Shown: positions 1 to 12,689 of the stretch, one piece after another | Layout of the letters: every line of letters begins with the position of its first letter | Numbering within the stretch: the first letter of the stretch is position 1 | Source of the DNA: Monocercomonoides exilis PA203 | Lineage: Eukaryota > Protista > Preaxostyla | Assembly (NCBI GenBank): GCA_001643675.2 | Contig: LSRY02000003.1 | Location: forward strand, 496,001 to 560,000 | Reading direction: 5' to 3' | Length of the DNA stretch: 64,000 nucleotides | Notes under the pieces: model-generated | Databases searched by the model: none | What the model was told of the DNA's origin: nothing | The model's input: only the letters and a program-made list of their open reading frames with translations | Position numbers and translations under genes: made by a program

Positions 1-186
1 AGATAATAATTTTTTATTCCATGTATTCATTCAATTCATTATTTTTATTTTTTGTATAATTTATTTTACAAATAAAGATTAAACATCTAGTTGATTTCTT
101 GAACATTTTTTAACTAAAAAAATTTTCAAAAGAGAATATAAACTTCTTATGGGTTCTTTTTAAAACTACAAAACGTTAAAATCCAC

Positions 187-3100
187 ATGTCAACTGTATT
201 TGATTATGTTACTCAGTCGCCTCAGCGTTCGACGTCTCAGATAATGTATATTATTTTCATATTTTTGAACATCTTGTTCTTCTTTATTTAATCAATTTTG
301 AAGTGATTCAAGTTTTTCAAATTCATCATCGAGGCGGTTATCATCTCAACAGTCTCCAAATTCTGAATTTGCAGCAAAGCTAACTTTGTCGGATGAAGCG
401 AAAGGAGAAGAAACTTTTGAGTTTTCTTCGGAGATGCCTCCTGAAAGAGGTTCAGTGGAACAATTTCTTGAAAGCGAGACTGTGCATCTTCGTGATCGAT
501 TATTCAGTTTGAAAACTATTCTTTAAAATGTACTTTGAACCTTCTAACTGAAATATAGCCTTTTCTGAAACCTATCTGAAGGAAATTAATCAAACACTTC
601 AGGGAATCAAAAGATCTGTTGATAACCGGGACAGAGAAATTGCTCGCCTTAAAAAAGTTCATGAGCAAGAAATGCAGCAAAAATTGGTATTTCATCAACA
701 TTTTTGTTGAACTTATTTATTTTTTTCAAAGCATGAAATTGAAGAACTTCAAACTTCTCTTGACAAGGAAACTGGAAGAAGAATACACATCAGGAATTGT
801 CTTGAAAGGGCAGCAATTCAGCATGCACATGACATAGAAAATAAAGTTTGTTTCGAAATGTTGGCAAACTTAATTTTTGATAAAAATGATATTTCTTTTT
901 CTTTCTTTTTAACTTTTTTCCATTTATAATTTGTGAAGTACGCAAATAAATGGCTTGGAATTTGCTTTGATAGCTGGAGAAAGGGAGTTAGAGATCTTCG
1001 TGAAGCTTCAATGAGAAAGCAGAAAGCAAAGACATTTCATGTTTTGTTTATGGTCAAGAAATGTTTCTCTCGCTGGAGGACTTTCACTCTATTCAATGGA
1101 CTTTCTCGTGCCAAAGATCAGTGGACAATTGCACTGGAGAAGTCTAATGCCGAGCTGGCAGGACAATACGAACAGGCAATACAGCAGCTCCAGCAGCAGC
1201 TCTTCCAAGCGCAGGAGCAGCTGCGAAAGGAAAAGGCCGACAGAACAGCTTTCCACACTGATCTGCGCAATGCTGTGTTCCGCGGAGTGACTGCGCTCAA
1301 CCAGGAGACGATGAAAGCGCTGCAAGCACGCGCTGACCTGGGTCTGGATCTTCCACCACCGCCAGGCATCGGCACAGGCTTTCCTGGCCCTTCTGTCGCA
1401 GCCGGAGGCTCAGAACGGGTGCTGCTGCAGTTGGGGATGGCAATGGCCGACGGAATAGCAGCGGCAGGAGGTCTTCCATCGTCTGGTAATGAACAGCCCA
1501 GAGCGCCATCTGACATTCCCTTTCAGCAGCAGCAAGAGGAGGAGAAGATGATGATTGAGATGCTGTCTCAGCAAAGGGCACAGCAGCCGTTTTCGCAGAG
1601 AGGAAGCGAAAGCCAACTCCCGAAAAAGAGAAAAATACGATTTGAGCAGTCAGAGCAATCAATTGCTGGTAATCCCTCAAAGAGAAAAAGCAGTAATAAA
1701 GTCAAAAAGACGCCAACGTCGCAATTGAAGAAAGATTTTATTGGATTGACTGGAAAGAAATCGAATGGAGAAAATGAAATAAAAGAAAATCGGCTGATTG
1801 CTTCTCAAAGAGGAGATGCATCCGCACAGCAAGAAAGAGAAAGAGAAATAGAAGAAAGAGGAGAAGAAGAAGAGTATCCTGGCAATTTTGGAGAGGAGCA
1901 TCTGCCTGAAGATGAGATGGCTGCTCAGAACATTCCGCAAAAAGGAGATTTGGAAGGGAAAGACGAAGAAGTTGATAGAGAGGAAGAAATGGATGAGAAT
2001 GAAGAAGAAGAAGAACATGGATGCGTTGAGGTGAAAGAAAAGGAGATTGATGGTGAAGGAACAGAAAATGAAGATAAAGACGACGAAGAGGAAGACGAAG
2101 CCGAGCGAACAAGCGAGAGAGAGATGGAAGAAGAAGGTGACGAAATGAGAAGTGAAAGAGAAAGACCAGATGAAGATGAAGCAAATGAAAGCTTAGAGAA
2201 AGAGGAAGAAGATGATGGAGAAGATGGAGAAGAAGAAGAAGATAACTTAGCCGAAACAGACAAAGAGAATCCAGCACAAGCATTCACTCCAACAACACAA
2301 ACATCAGACTCCACATTCATTACGCAGCCGCGTCCGTTGAGGCAGTTTATTTCATCTGCTCCCAACACAGAGAAAGAGCAGCCACAGCCAACACAACAGA
2401 CACAGCAATCTTCTTTCATTTCATCGCTTATGACTGATCCAGCGAAGCCATCAGTTCATTCATCTGGCCTAGTGGCTCGAAGCTCTCCTATTCAATCACA
2501 GAACTCCCCTTCAGCATCTTCGTCGTCCTCTCCTTCTGCAACTGCAGCATCTTCTTCTGCTTCTGCTGCTGAAATGCATCCCCCCCAAGTGTCTGTGATA
2601 TCTACTTCGCCAAGCTCTCAGCTTTACTTTTCTACAGACACATTCGGAGCAGAAGGAGTTGATCCTTCGCAGATGCTGTTCCCTTCATTCCCAGGCGTCA
2701 ACCAGCACCAGCAGCCTCTTCCACCACAGCCAGCTCGGAGAATGCAGCAAAGCGATGCTCTTTACTCTCAATTTGCTTCAAACCCATCCATTTCTTCGAC
2801 AGCCACACTCGGAATTCTCCAGCAACAGCAGCAACAACAACAATTGTATCAACAAGAGCAATTTATGGCGAATGGATTCCAGGGCAGTGCCCAGTTTCGT
2901 GCTCCGCTTCACACAATGCAGCACATTGGCGCTGAACAGGAAGAGGAGCATGCGCCGTCCACAGAAGTGTTCTACCCAGGGGACATGGCAATGGGCGAGG
3001 GAATTGGAGCAGGAAGAGGCATTCCAGAGAGGAGAATTGAACAAGGAAGAGCGGGAGTTCTTGGAAGCCAGAGAAAAACAGGCAAGCAAGAGCGCTTGAA

Positions 3101-3614
3101 GAGTGCTTCAGATAGAGAAATGGATCGGATTACGGAGGCCAAAAGGATGGTTGAAGGAATGAGTCGCACGGAAGCAATGAAATTTACTCTGCAGCAGCAG
3201 CAAGAGCCGCTCCCGCAGCCCCGCCACCACATTGGGCCGAGGGCGCCTTCGCCGTCTTCTGCTGCAAAAAGAGGAACAGGTGCTGCTTCTTCTGCTGCTT
3301 TTAGTGGAAGTCTTCCAAAGCAGTCGCAGTTGCAACAGCCTCCTCGGCGGGCACATGCGTCTGCTTCTCCTGTTTCTACGGTGATAGAAAAAATTGTCCA
3401 CTCGCCTTCTATCTCTCCAGCAACGCAGCAGAGTACGAGCTTTTCGGATGCTGTCGTTCATGACATATCTCGTGTGCGCAGAGACGCACCGCCTGCTGCA
3501 CGAACATGGAACACATCTTCAAATCCCCGTTCAATAAGCAAATTCAAAGGCGTGCCGCCGCCGTCTCCGCAGCCGCTTACTGACCAGTTGCTTCATAAAT
3601 CTCGTGGTTTATAA
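187..3614 (+). CDS. POC5: POC5-like centriolar protein (centrin-binding) with long acidic/Gln/Ser-rich C-terminal extension; multi-exon
   Basis: ATG at 187 and short GT-AG introns join coiled-coil exons to ORF 933..3614. Sfi1-like centrin-binding motifs (ICFDSWR, KKCFSRWR) precede a coiled coil and LRNAVFRGVTALNQETM, which matches the POC5 box (AFMRGVCALNLEAM). Confidence 0.75.
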
Positions 3615-4002
3615 TTCTTATCCTTACAAGCTTTCTTCCTTCATTTCATAAAAAAGCACTTTCTCATCAAACTAACTTTTCCAAAATTATTTTATTTTTT
3701 TTTTTTTTCATATCACGTGTTGCGAAATGATTTCTTAATGAAACTCAATTGAAATTAAACAACTCTTCCGATGCTTAAATTGTAGCGCTCAACAGAATTT
3801 CAATTTTATTTTTTGAAAATTTTCTTTTTTTTCTTTATTAAAATAAAATTTGTGTATTACAAAATGGTTTTTGATATGAATCATTTGTTTTCAAGTGTTC
3901 AACGCAAATGTTTATTATTAAATGAATAATATGTGAAAATAAAACAATTATTCTTCTTAAATGAATACCATAAACAATAAAATTGTTATTTCTTTTGTCG
4001 AA

Positions 4003-5289
4003 ATGGGGAATGAACAAACGTCTTTGATCGACGCTATGTTTACTACTCCCACAAAAGTGCCTAAAAAGAAGATTGTTTGATTAATTTAAGCATTATCCTT
4101 GTTTTGTTATTATTAAAAATTGTTTAAGAATGATGCTGCAAGTAAAAAGCTGTTAGAGGAAACTCAAGTAAATATATATCAAAAACAATTAGCCCCATTC
4201 ATGCCGGTTCTTTCTCTTTCTCTCTCTCTTTTTTTAAAAGCTGAAATTGTTTTTGTGCGAATCAAAAATTGTTTAGGCACTTCTTTCAGAAGAGCTTCCC
4301 CCTGGAGTTGAAGAAGCTGACACATCTCAATGTCAAATATGCTGCTTTAATTTCGAATTCATTAATAAGACATCGTGCTGCGATAATGTTTGTGAGTTTT
4401 TTTGTCTTTCATACGTGCTTATTATTTTATATTTTGTTGAAGGATTTGTGCACAGACTGTTATTTTGCACTTCTATATGACAGTGTTGTTTCAGAGAAGG
4501 TGGAGCTTAAATGTCCTTTTTGTCAATTGGTTTTCTATTTTTATTTTTTCAATTTCATTTTCGTTATCTTTCAATATTTAGGCACCCCTTCTTCTCACTT
4601 TTAAAGCTCCAGAAAATATTCAAGACAAATTGCAAATGATCTCTCAACGAGAAAAAACAGTTAAAAAATCTTCTAATGCAATTCGGCCAACGCCACTTTC
4701 ATTTACCCATGAAGCAGATGAACTTAGGCCTGAAGATATGATTCCTTCAACAACGTTTTGGGGAACCTTGTCCGAAACGGAAAGAGAAATCCTCATGGGA
4801 GCAATGGCTGAAGATGTATGGGATGAAGATTTCGATCCCCGGAAAGTGAATATGGGGAAATTAACAATGATGCAGAGAAAAGGAATGTATATGATGGAGA
4901 GCGGCCAGATGCATTCATCTGGAAGCCATCAAATTGATCAAGAACCAATGGATGACTTTGAGTCCAATCTTTGGCAGCTTAATTTAGAAGCACCGGAGCC
5001 TTCGTTAAAGCTTCAGGATAGAAAAAAGGCTCCAACAGAATCATCTCATTCCACTTCATTTCTCACTCTTCCTCCTCATATGTTTGATTCAATTCTTGCA
5101 ATGTACCCAACAAATTCTTCAAAATCTTCATCACTTAAATCATCTCATAGACCTGCTAATTCTTCACCATCTTCTTCTTCTTCTTCTTCAACATTTCAAC
5201 CCCCGTCTGCAACAGAAAGAGGAAAGCTTCGAGCAAAATTATCTGTGGAGTTGTCTAATTGGCTTAATGAGAACGATGTGAGTGGATAA
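4003..5289 (+). CDS. SIP5/GW2/DA2-type RING E3 ubiquitin ligase-like protein; multi-exon
   Basis: MGNEQTS start (myristoylation-type Gly2). Spliced exons give KKLLEETQ..APFMP...CQICCFNFEFINKTSCC..LCTDCY...CPFC, matching the GW2/DA2/SIP5 pattern KLAPCYPG..CPICF..NRSRCC..ICTECF..CPFC. Last exon is ORF 4630..5289. Confidence 0.7.
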
Positions 5290-5825
5290 TTGTAAAGCTA
5301 TTGTGTATTTGATGTTTTTTTTCTAATTTTTTTTTGAAATTCAATATTATTTATTTTTGTGAACTGTTTTATTTATAAGAATTTAATCATTTCAATTCTT
5401 TTCATTTTTAAGCTGTGGCAAAACATGTTTCTTTTCAATTCACGTGTGTTGAATTTTAATACATGGCTTATCATTTTTGAAATCATATTTTTGTTCGAAT
5501 TTTATTCAAAAAATCTTGCTCAATAAAAATTATCAAATTTTCTTTTCTTTTTTCTTCAATAATTTCAACATAATATTAAGTCAAAATTAACTTATTCAGA
5601 TTTTTTTTTTCTGATATGGGGAAAATTTTTTTCATTTCATGCATTTTCATTGAAAAAGAATACACTTTTTATTGACTTTTTGTGAACAAAAAATATTATA
5701 AAAAAGGGTCCATTTATTAACATTCACAAAATGTCACTATGCTTTATGTTTTGATTTCAATGATGCCTGTTCGAGGATACGATAATCCAATTTTTTTTGA
5801 AATCATATGGGTGATTATTTTTGTA

Positions 5826-7850
5826 GGGTGATTTATAAACCCGAACTTTTTTTTAAATTTGGTTTGAAATAAAAAAAAATTTTTTTTCAAGCAATCATGT
5901 TTTAATTTTGAAAATTGAAATGATCAATATTAAACATAATCAACAAGTTCTCTTTTTACAATTTTTCTGGAATTTTTCTGCTTTGATTCATCATCCAAAA
6001 TATCATCATTCAAAATGTGGGATTTATTAAATCTTCTTTTTTGGGGCTTTTCAGCTGCGAAAAGAATTTTTTCTTCTTTTTCATCACTATTTTCTTTTCT
6101 TTTCTTATCTTCTTTCATTTTCTTTTCTTTTTTCCATTCTTCAAGAAATTTTTGTTCAGTTATAATTTTTCCATAAAAATCAAACCTGTGTGTTCTCTTT
6201 TTCAGTGTTACCGAAGGTTCCTTTGGAAGTGTTGATAGTACTGAATGCCACTCGTTTGAAAGCACGCCGCTTTTCTTGAACGAAGAAACAACAGTTGCAG
6301 GAAGTAATGCTGTCTGAAGAGCTTGTGGAAGAACGTTGGAAATGGCCTCACGTCGAAGAGAAATGGTAGAATCTGGAGGCACAGAGTAAAGAGAGTTGAT
6401 GCATTTTTTGAGGACAGCAAACACACCACGATCAAGAGGTTGTGTGATGTGTGAACTGTGTGGAATAAAAGTGACGACGTCAATGTTGTTATCAGCAAAT
6501 TTCTGCCAAATGTCAGGCTGAGCCCGAGAAGAATGAGAATCCAAAAGAAGAAGACATCTCTCGTTGGTTTTCATTATTATTTTCCTTCTTTCGATGATCC
6601 CAGTTAATAAAACCTCTTCTGCGTATCTTTGAAATATGCTTTCCGTCATCCATCCATCGTTGTTATCCCAAACATCAATGAATGCGCTCAGAAGAACTCG
6701 CATTTCCTTTGGTAATTTGTGGCATGGCCACAACACAATGCTTTTGAGAGAATATCCATCTGCAGCAGCTGTTACAACCAAAGTGGCATTTGGCATGTTT
6801 GTGGGTGTTGTATGAAATCCAGCTGGAACTCCTGTGGGGTGAATCACAAGAGTTTTGAAGGAATCCGATAAGCGGAGTGAAGATTCATCGGTGTTAAAGA
6901 TTAAAGAAGGTGAATAATGATGTGAATTGTGAAGATTTTGCAGAAGCTCGTAGAAAGGAAGAAGAACTTGTTGATTGGATACCGAAAGACGTTGGATATC
7001 CACATTTCTGGGCATGGAAGCTTTGAGCTCAGAATTCCTTTTTGCAAATAGATATGGATATGATTTGGACACACTGGTGTTCTCATCAACATCAGTTTCT
7101 GATCGTCTTTTTTTGTCGGAAAGGACGGATTCCATCTGAAAAATATTTATAATTATAAACGAAAGATAAATAAATGTGAAATCAAACTAATTCTCTTGTT
7201 CTCTTTGCATTTAAACTTGTTCCGGATAAACTTTCGATTTTAATAACTCCAACAATTATATTTTTGTCCTCTTCATTGAATAGTTCTGGCCTGCCAGGTT
7301 TTGCAACAGCTCTGCCGCTTTCAATTGCTGAAACTGCTCTTATTATTGCTGAACGAGAGAACTCTTTGGTATTTATTGCGTCAACGATTCTGACATGTCC
7401 ATCAACAACTATGCGCGCCATGCGTTCTAATCAATTTTCAATTCTTCGATATTCAAATGACATCATTTTTTCTCGAAGAATTAACTGTCCACGTTCTTTT
7501 TTATTTTTAACAACACTCATAACAAAAAAATTCTGGTAATGATCATTTTTTATTTTTAAAAAAAAATTTTTTTTGTAATGAAAAAAAATTAAAAAAATAT
7601 TTTCGATTAAATTCTAACTTAGTCAGCCCCGTTGCTATTACCTAATCTCCTCAGGGGAGGCACTAATCAGAGATGGAGGAGCTAACCCCCCCATCAGAGA
7701 TTAGGTATAGTAATTTAATCTAGAATTTCAGTCATTGATTTTTCCTTATATACTGAAAACAATATAAAAAATATAAAAAGTGTGAAAAATCAACTTATTA
7801 TTAAAAAAAAAGTCCGGGTTATTAAAAAAGTTCGGGTTAATAAATCACCC
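5826..7850 (-). mobile_element. pogo/Fot-like (Tc1-mariner superfamily) DNA transposon
   Basis: ~27-bp TIRs GGGTGATTTAT(A/T)AACCCGAACTTTTTT at 5826 and ending at 7850, with one mismatch. TA duplication at 5824-5825 and 7851-7852. Encloses a DDE_1 transposase. Confidence 0.93.
5930..7520 (-). CDS. DD35D transposase (N-terminal HTH region plus DDE_1), with a 52-nt intron and an in-frame TGA at codon 30
   Basis: Catalytic motifs FNTDES, LLLDSHSSR and QPLDRGVF, with 35 residues between the last two Asp. ATG 7520 is in frame with ORF 7182..7421 through TGA 7431-7433. GT..CAG intron 7187-7136 joins to ORF 5930..7135. Confidence 0.88.
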
Positions 7851-8722
7851 TAATCATAACTTTTTTCGGGGCGTTTGGTTTTCAAAAAATATTTGTTTTT
7901 GGAAAAAAATTTTGTTTCAAATGTTTATTTTATAACAACTGTATTTAATATAAATGTTTTTGCTCGAATAAATATGATGATTTCTCTTGCAAGCCTTTTT
8001 ATTTTTCATTATTTTTCCGTTAATATTTGAATGAAAATTTCGCACAGTAATTTTTGAAAGAAAAAATATGATATCAAAAATAATTCTCCATATTTTTTTC
8101 ATACAAAAATCTCAATGCAAAAAAATTTCTTGAATATCAATAAAAAAAAGTTTAAAAGTTAAAAGGCTTATTGAATGCATTTGAATCTTTGATTCGGAAA
8201 AACCATTTGTTTTTAATAATAATTATCATTCTTTTTCTCTTTTGAATTACAATTTTCTTTCAAAAACCAACAATCTTTGAAAAGTCAACACACTGAAAAA
8301 AGAAATGACATCAAAAACAATAACTCAAATAGATAACGCATTCTCGTCAAGGTCGTAATTTTTTTGCAAAATGGAATTTGCTTCTCTTAATTGTTTCTCA
8401 GATTATTCTTAAATTATTTTAAAATAATATGAGAATATTTTTATTATAATGACAACAATTATGTTTATGCATGGGAATGTTATTCTAACAAAAAATTTAA
8501 GTTTAAAAAGTTTGGAACAATACATTGTTATTTTCACAAAAACAAAAAAATGCCTTCCTTCATCAAAGAAGTGTTATGGATTTATTGTTTCCATAATTAT
8601 GATGATAATAATAATTATAATAAACAAAAAACAAATAAAAAACAAATAAAAAATATTGATCGAGAATTTTTATATAAAAAAATTTTCTAACTTGTATAAA
8701 AAATCATTCGAATAAAACCACA

Positions 8723-9447
8723 CCATTTATTATTCAAATTTGGTAAACTTATAATGCAAAATTAATAAAAATGAGTATTTTTTGTAAAAAAAATTATTTT
8801 GTATTAAGCCTTCCATTGATTGAGTGTCGAAAAGTGATTAAAATACAATATTCAGTCAATGTTCAAAATATTGATGAGAAATTGAACCTCTAATATTATT
8901 ATTTGTGAATTAACATGAAAATTTCTGACTTTTCTGATAAAAATCATCATCTTTGAAAACTAATAATTATCAAATAAATTCATCTCACATTGTTTAACTA
9001 TGAATTGTTCAATCAAAATATGTCATTTGTATCATTTCAAGATTTTGAAAACATTATTTTTTCATCATTGAAAAAATCTTTGAATGTTTTTTCAAAATTC
9101 ACTTTTTATTTATATATGCTTATCTGTATAAATTACTATACAAATAATATATTTTGATTGAACAATTCATAGTTAAACAATGTGAGATGAATTTATTTGA
9201 TAATTATTAGTTTTCAAAGATGATGATTTTTATCAGAAAAGTCAGAAATTTTCATGTTAATTCACAAATAATAATATTAGAGGTTCAATTTCTCATCAAT
9301 ATTTTGAACATTGACTGAATATTGTATTTTAATCACTTTTCGACACTCAATCAATGGAAGGCTTAATACAAAATAATTTTTTTTACAAAAAATACTCATT
9401 TTTATTAATTTTGCATTATAAGTTTACCAAATTTGAATAATAAATGG
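8723..9447. repeat. Long inverted repeat: 299-bp arms (8723-9021, 9149-9447) and 127-bp spacer
   Basis: Arms read as exact reverse complements wherever compared. Coordinate sums are equal (18170), so there is no net indel. Confidence 0.92.
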
Positions 9448-9493
9448 CGTATTTCTTCATTTCCTTTTTTTCATGAGATGAATAGGTTTCAAA

Positions 9494-9776
9494 TGATATT
9501 TGGGGGAAAATACGGACTTTCAAGCTTTTTATGCACAAAGCACAAACATTTTGTTCCACTCAAAACTTTATTTCTCTATCTCAGATTTCAAAATTATTTT
9601 GATTTTCATATCTGAAAGCAGGCACCATTGAAATTAAATCATGAAGTTTTGCGACATTCTGCATTTGTCAAAAAATGGACACATTTTCGTTGTGTTTTTT
9701 GATAGAAAAAAGTCAATGAATAGTGCATAATTTTTCAATGAAAAAGCTTGAAGTCTCATATTTTCCCCATTTGATA
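9494..9776. mobile_element. Degenerate MITE-like element
   Basis: Imperfect terminal inverted repeats ggggaaaatacggactttcaagcttttt and aaaaagcttgaagtctcatattttcccc. Confidence 0.4.
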
Positions 9777-10111
9777 AAGGTTTAGCTTTTTTATGATTTT
9801 TTCCATATCTTCGTATTGTTTATTGAAGATTTCCATTTGTTTTTCCAACCAGACTTTTTTAACAACAATAATTCTTAGTTTTCAAATGTTTGTGAATAAA
9901 AAGGTACTGATCTTTGTTTCAATTCAAATAAACACAAATTTTTTTCATATGAATTGTTTATTTTTTAACTTTAATTATTCTGATTGTTTGAATACAAAAC
10001 AATTGAGCTTTCCCATAATTATAGCAAAAATAATTTGATTTAAAAAAACTCTTCATGCTCATGTCAAAAGCAACAGATTTTAAAACTGCATCAAAAAATA
10101 GTTTCAAAACT

Positions 10112-11991
10112 ATGGATATGATGACAGTGAATGAAGAGATTGAATATTTTAAAAGTGGTTTTTATTAAAAAGTATATTCTTTGAAATTTGGTGCTCATAA
10201 CTGACAAATATTTTTTATCTTTTTTTTCAACAGAAATCCGGAAAAAAGAAATTGGAGAATTGGAGCCGCTGCTGATAAGATTTTATCATTTGCTAAAATT
10301 ATTGAAACCCAAGATTCATGAGTTCTACAAATCTTTTAAACACAAATACATTATTAATAAATTGAAGGACAGCTGTGGAGCTGTTGAAAGTCCTCGCGAA
10401 GTTTTGGCAGCTCGCGTTCTTGGGGGAATATCCCGAATTTTATGCCTTTCCAGCGATCTTTTTGAAGGAATATATAAAATGAGAATGAGAAAACTATCTA
10501 AGCCAGCGAAAAGACTAGCAAAATCAATTTCACTGTTTTCTGAAGAGGAAAGATACGAAGACATTGATTACGAACTGGGTCATTTGTGCGAACAGGATGA
10601 TGAAGATATTTGCCTGAATACAATTGCTTATTATAGATATCAAACAGTCAAATATGGTATTGAAATCTTTTTTGAGCAGTAATTTATTTCAAGAAATGTT
10701 TTAATTATTTATTTCTTTGACTTTAGGAGGCACTCCAATTATTGGAGAGGAAAGACATGCTTTTGTTGGGAATTGGCTGTTTAACCTTTTATCAAACAAA
10801 TATCATTCTGTTGTTATCGAAACAATCAAAATGACGAAAAAGCTGTCATCACTAAGAGTTTATTTGATATTTGGCAAGACGGTCAAAAAGAACAACATTT
10901 TGGCTCTTGATTCGTTTCTTCCAGATCCAAATGCATTCAATTCCAAACAAGCCTCTGCTGGATTGCCCAAATGCAATTCTTCTGACTGGATTCCGCCTGT
11001 GTACTCACGCGGTGCAATTTGCTGCATGGCATTTCAAGCCTTCGAGTGCTTGTGCAGGCTTTCAGCCAAACACATTTATGCATTTGTTCATATATTAACT
11101 TGTCAGGACAGAATTGTGGAAAAGGTGTTTTGTTATTTGTTTGGAAGCTGGACTGAAGAAGAATGGAAGGCTATTTTCCCTGGAAGCAGATTTTTGGATG
11201 CAAGTTGCCCTGATATTTATTCTTCAGGTGGCGCCAACTTCCAACACATGATCGATGGGTTGTATTGCGAAGAGCAAAGTGTGCAAAAAATGATTTCAAA
11301 GTTTCAGATGTGTGCAATTATGTTCATCAGATGCTTCCTTGTGAAGCAGACTTATGAGTCAATCACTCGATGCATGAAAAGAGATGTTATGAGAAGAATA
11401 GCTTCATTGTTTTGTGACACGACCAATGATAAGTTGAGACTGGAGGCAGCAAAGGCACTTTTGGATGGATGGGTCTGTGTATCATTGGAGGCACAAATAC
11501 GTCCACTTCGGGAGGATGTTGATGAAGAAGATATTGAAAATTACTCGTGCCTTCCGCAACCTTTGCGCGGAGAGCTAAAAGCAATGTTAGCAGAGGCGTG
11601 CGAAGAAGAAGGAGTTATTGACACGTTGAATGCCCATTTGGCTCCAAATTTATCAGAAGATGTTGTCAAAGCGAAGAAGGATGAACGAATAAGAAGAAGG
11701 CTGAAGGCAAAATGTGACCCAAGCATTTGCCCGGTTTGCGCCATGTATGCAGATGCAGATATCAATTATAATGAAATGGGAAGAGAAGATAAAAAAGAGA
11801 AAGAAAAGAGAGTGAAAGATACAGAGGTACAATTTCATGATCTTTTGGATTCAACAGTCAAAGAAGAAGAAAAATATTTTGGACTGTTAAAAAAATGTAT
11901 GAATGCAGGTGAAATGTCTTCAAATGTGTATTCGAAGATTCTATTTGGTGATGATTGGGCGAGCTATTATTATATTGACGATTGTTATTAG
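10112..11991 (+). CDS. Hypothetical helical (ARM-like) protein; 3 exons
   Basis: ATG 10112 exon splices in phase to ORF 10188..10682, then to ORF 10717..11991. Non-repetitive protein-like sequence with no recognised catalytic motif. Confidence 0.65.
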
Positions 11992-12073
11992 ACTAAGTGG
12001 AGTCTTTAGACGAAGAAGAAAAGAAAGATCATTGAAAGGAGCAAAAATGAGTATGATGATTTTCATGAATAAT

Positions 12074-12119
12074 GAAGAAGAAGAAGAAGAAGAAGAAGAA
12101 GAAGAAGAAGAAGAAGAAG

Positions 12120-12148
<29 letters not shown>
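12074..12148 (+). repeat. (GAA)25 microsatellite just downstream of the gene
   Basis: Perfect trinucleotide run seen directly. Confidence 0.95.
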
Positions 12149-12151
<3 letters not shown>

Positions 12152-12689
12152 TTTATGTATTTATTTGCCTGTTCAATTGTTCACGAAGCTTTTGAGGACT
12201 TCATTTTGGGATATATTTTTTGACAATTTGATACAGAACTTTATTTTGCTATTTTGAAAAGAATTTTTGTTTATTTTTTGAAAGCTTATGGATTCCTGTT
12301 AAAACAAGAATGTTGTGAAGATTTTTCATCTATTTTTGGTAAATTCAAGAAAATCAAATGATTCCCAATTCAAATTCTCTTTTTCTCAAAAATTCATAAA
12401 ACCAATTTTTGTTGAGTGTTGATTTTTGAATAGTTCGTTCGATATTTCATAAAAAATTTAGAAATGAAACGAAATACATCAGAATATTTCAAGAAGATTT
12501 TGTAATTTGAGATTGTTGGTGCTTTTTGTCTTCAAACCGTTTGGCAACTGAATGAAAATTCAACAAGCTCAAAAAACAGCATCTGTTTCTGATTTTTCAT
12601 GTTTCTCTAAATGCAGATAATGTTGAATGTTTTCGTTATGAAATTGAAAAAAAAACACACTTGTCAAAATGACCTTCTCATCTTTCTTG

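Larger units (their letters stand above)
5809..8089. mobile_element. ~254-bp MITE (family A) split by the pogo transposon (5809-5825 plus 7853-8089)
   Basis: Removing the transposon gives GGGTGATTATTTTTGTAATCATAACTTTTTTCGGGG, identical to the reverse complement of 60623-60658. The right end (tttgaaagaaaaaatatgatatcaaaaataattctcc) matches 53157-53193. Confidence 0.75.

Noticed and set aside
1039-3461. Many overlapping ORFs over POC5, and likewise over 14.7-21.5, 32-38, 48-50.8 and 54-59 kb
   Set aside because: Shadow frames of GC-richer or low-complexity coding sequence, with no independent motifs.
7625-7715. Hammerhead ribozyme or known riboswitch
   Set aside because: The core CUGAUGA...GAAA is not present (CUGAUGG here), and I recognise no known riboswitch consensus.
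11903-12257. Poly-Glu and poly-Lys ORFs
   Set aside because: Artefacts of the (GAA)25 microsatellite.
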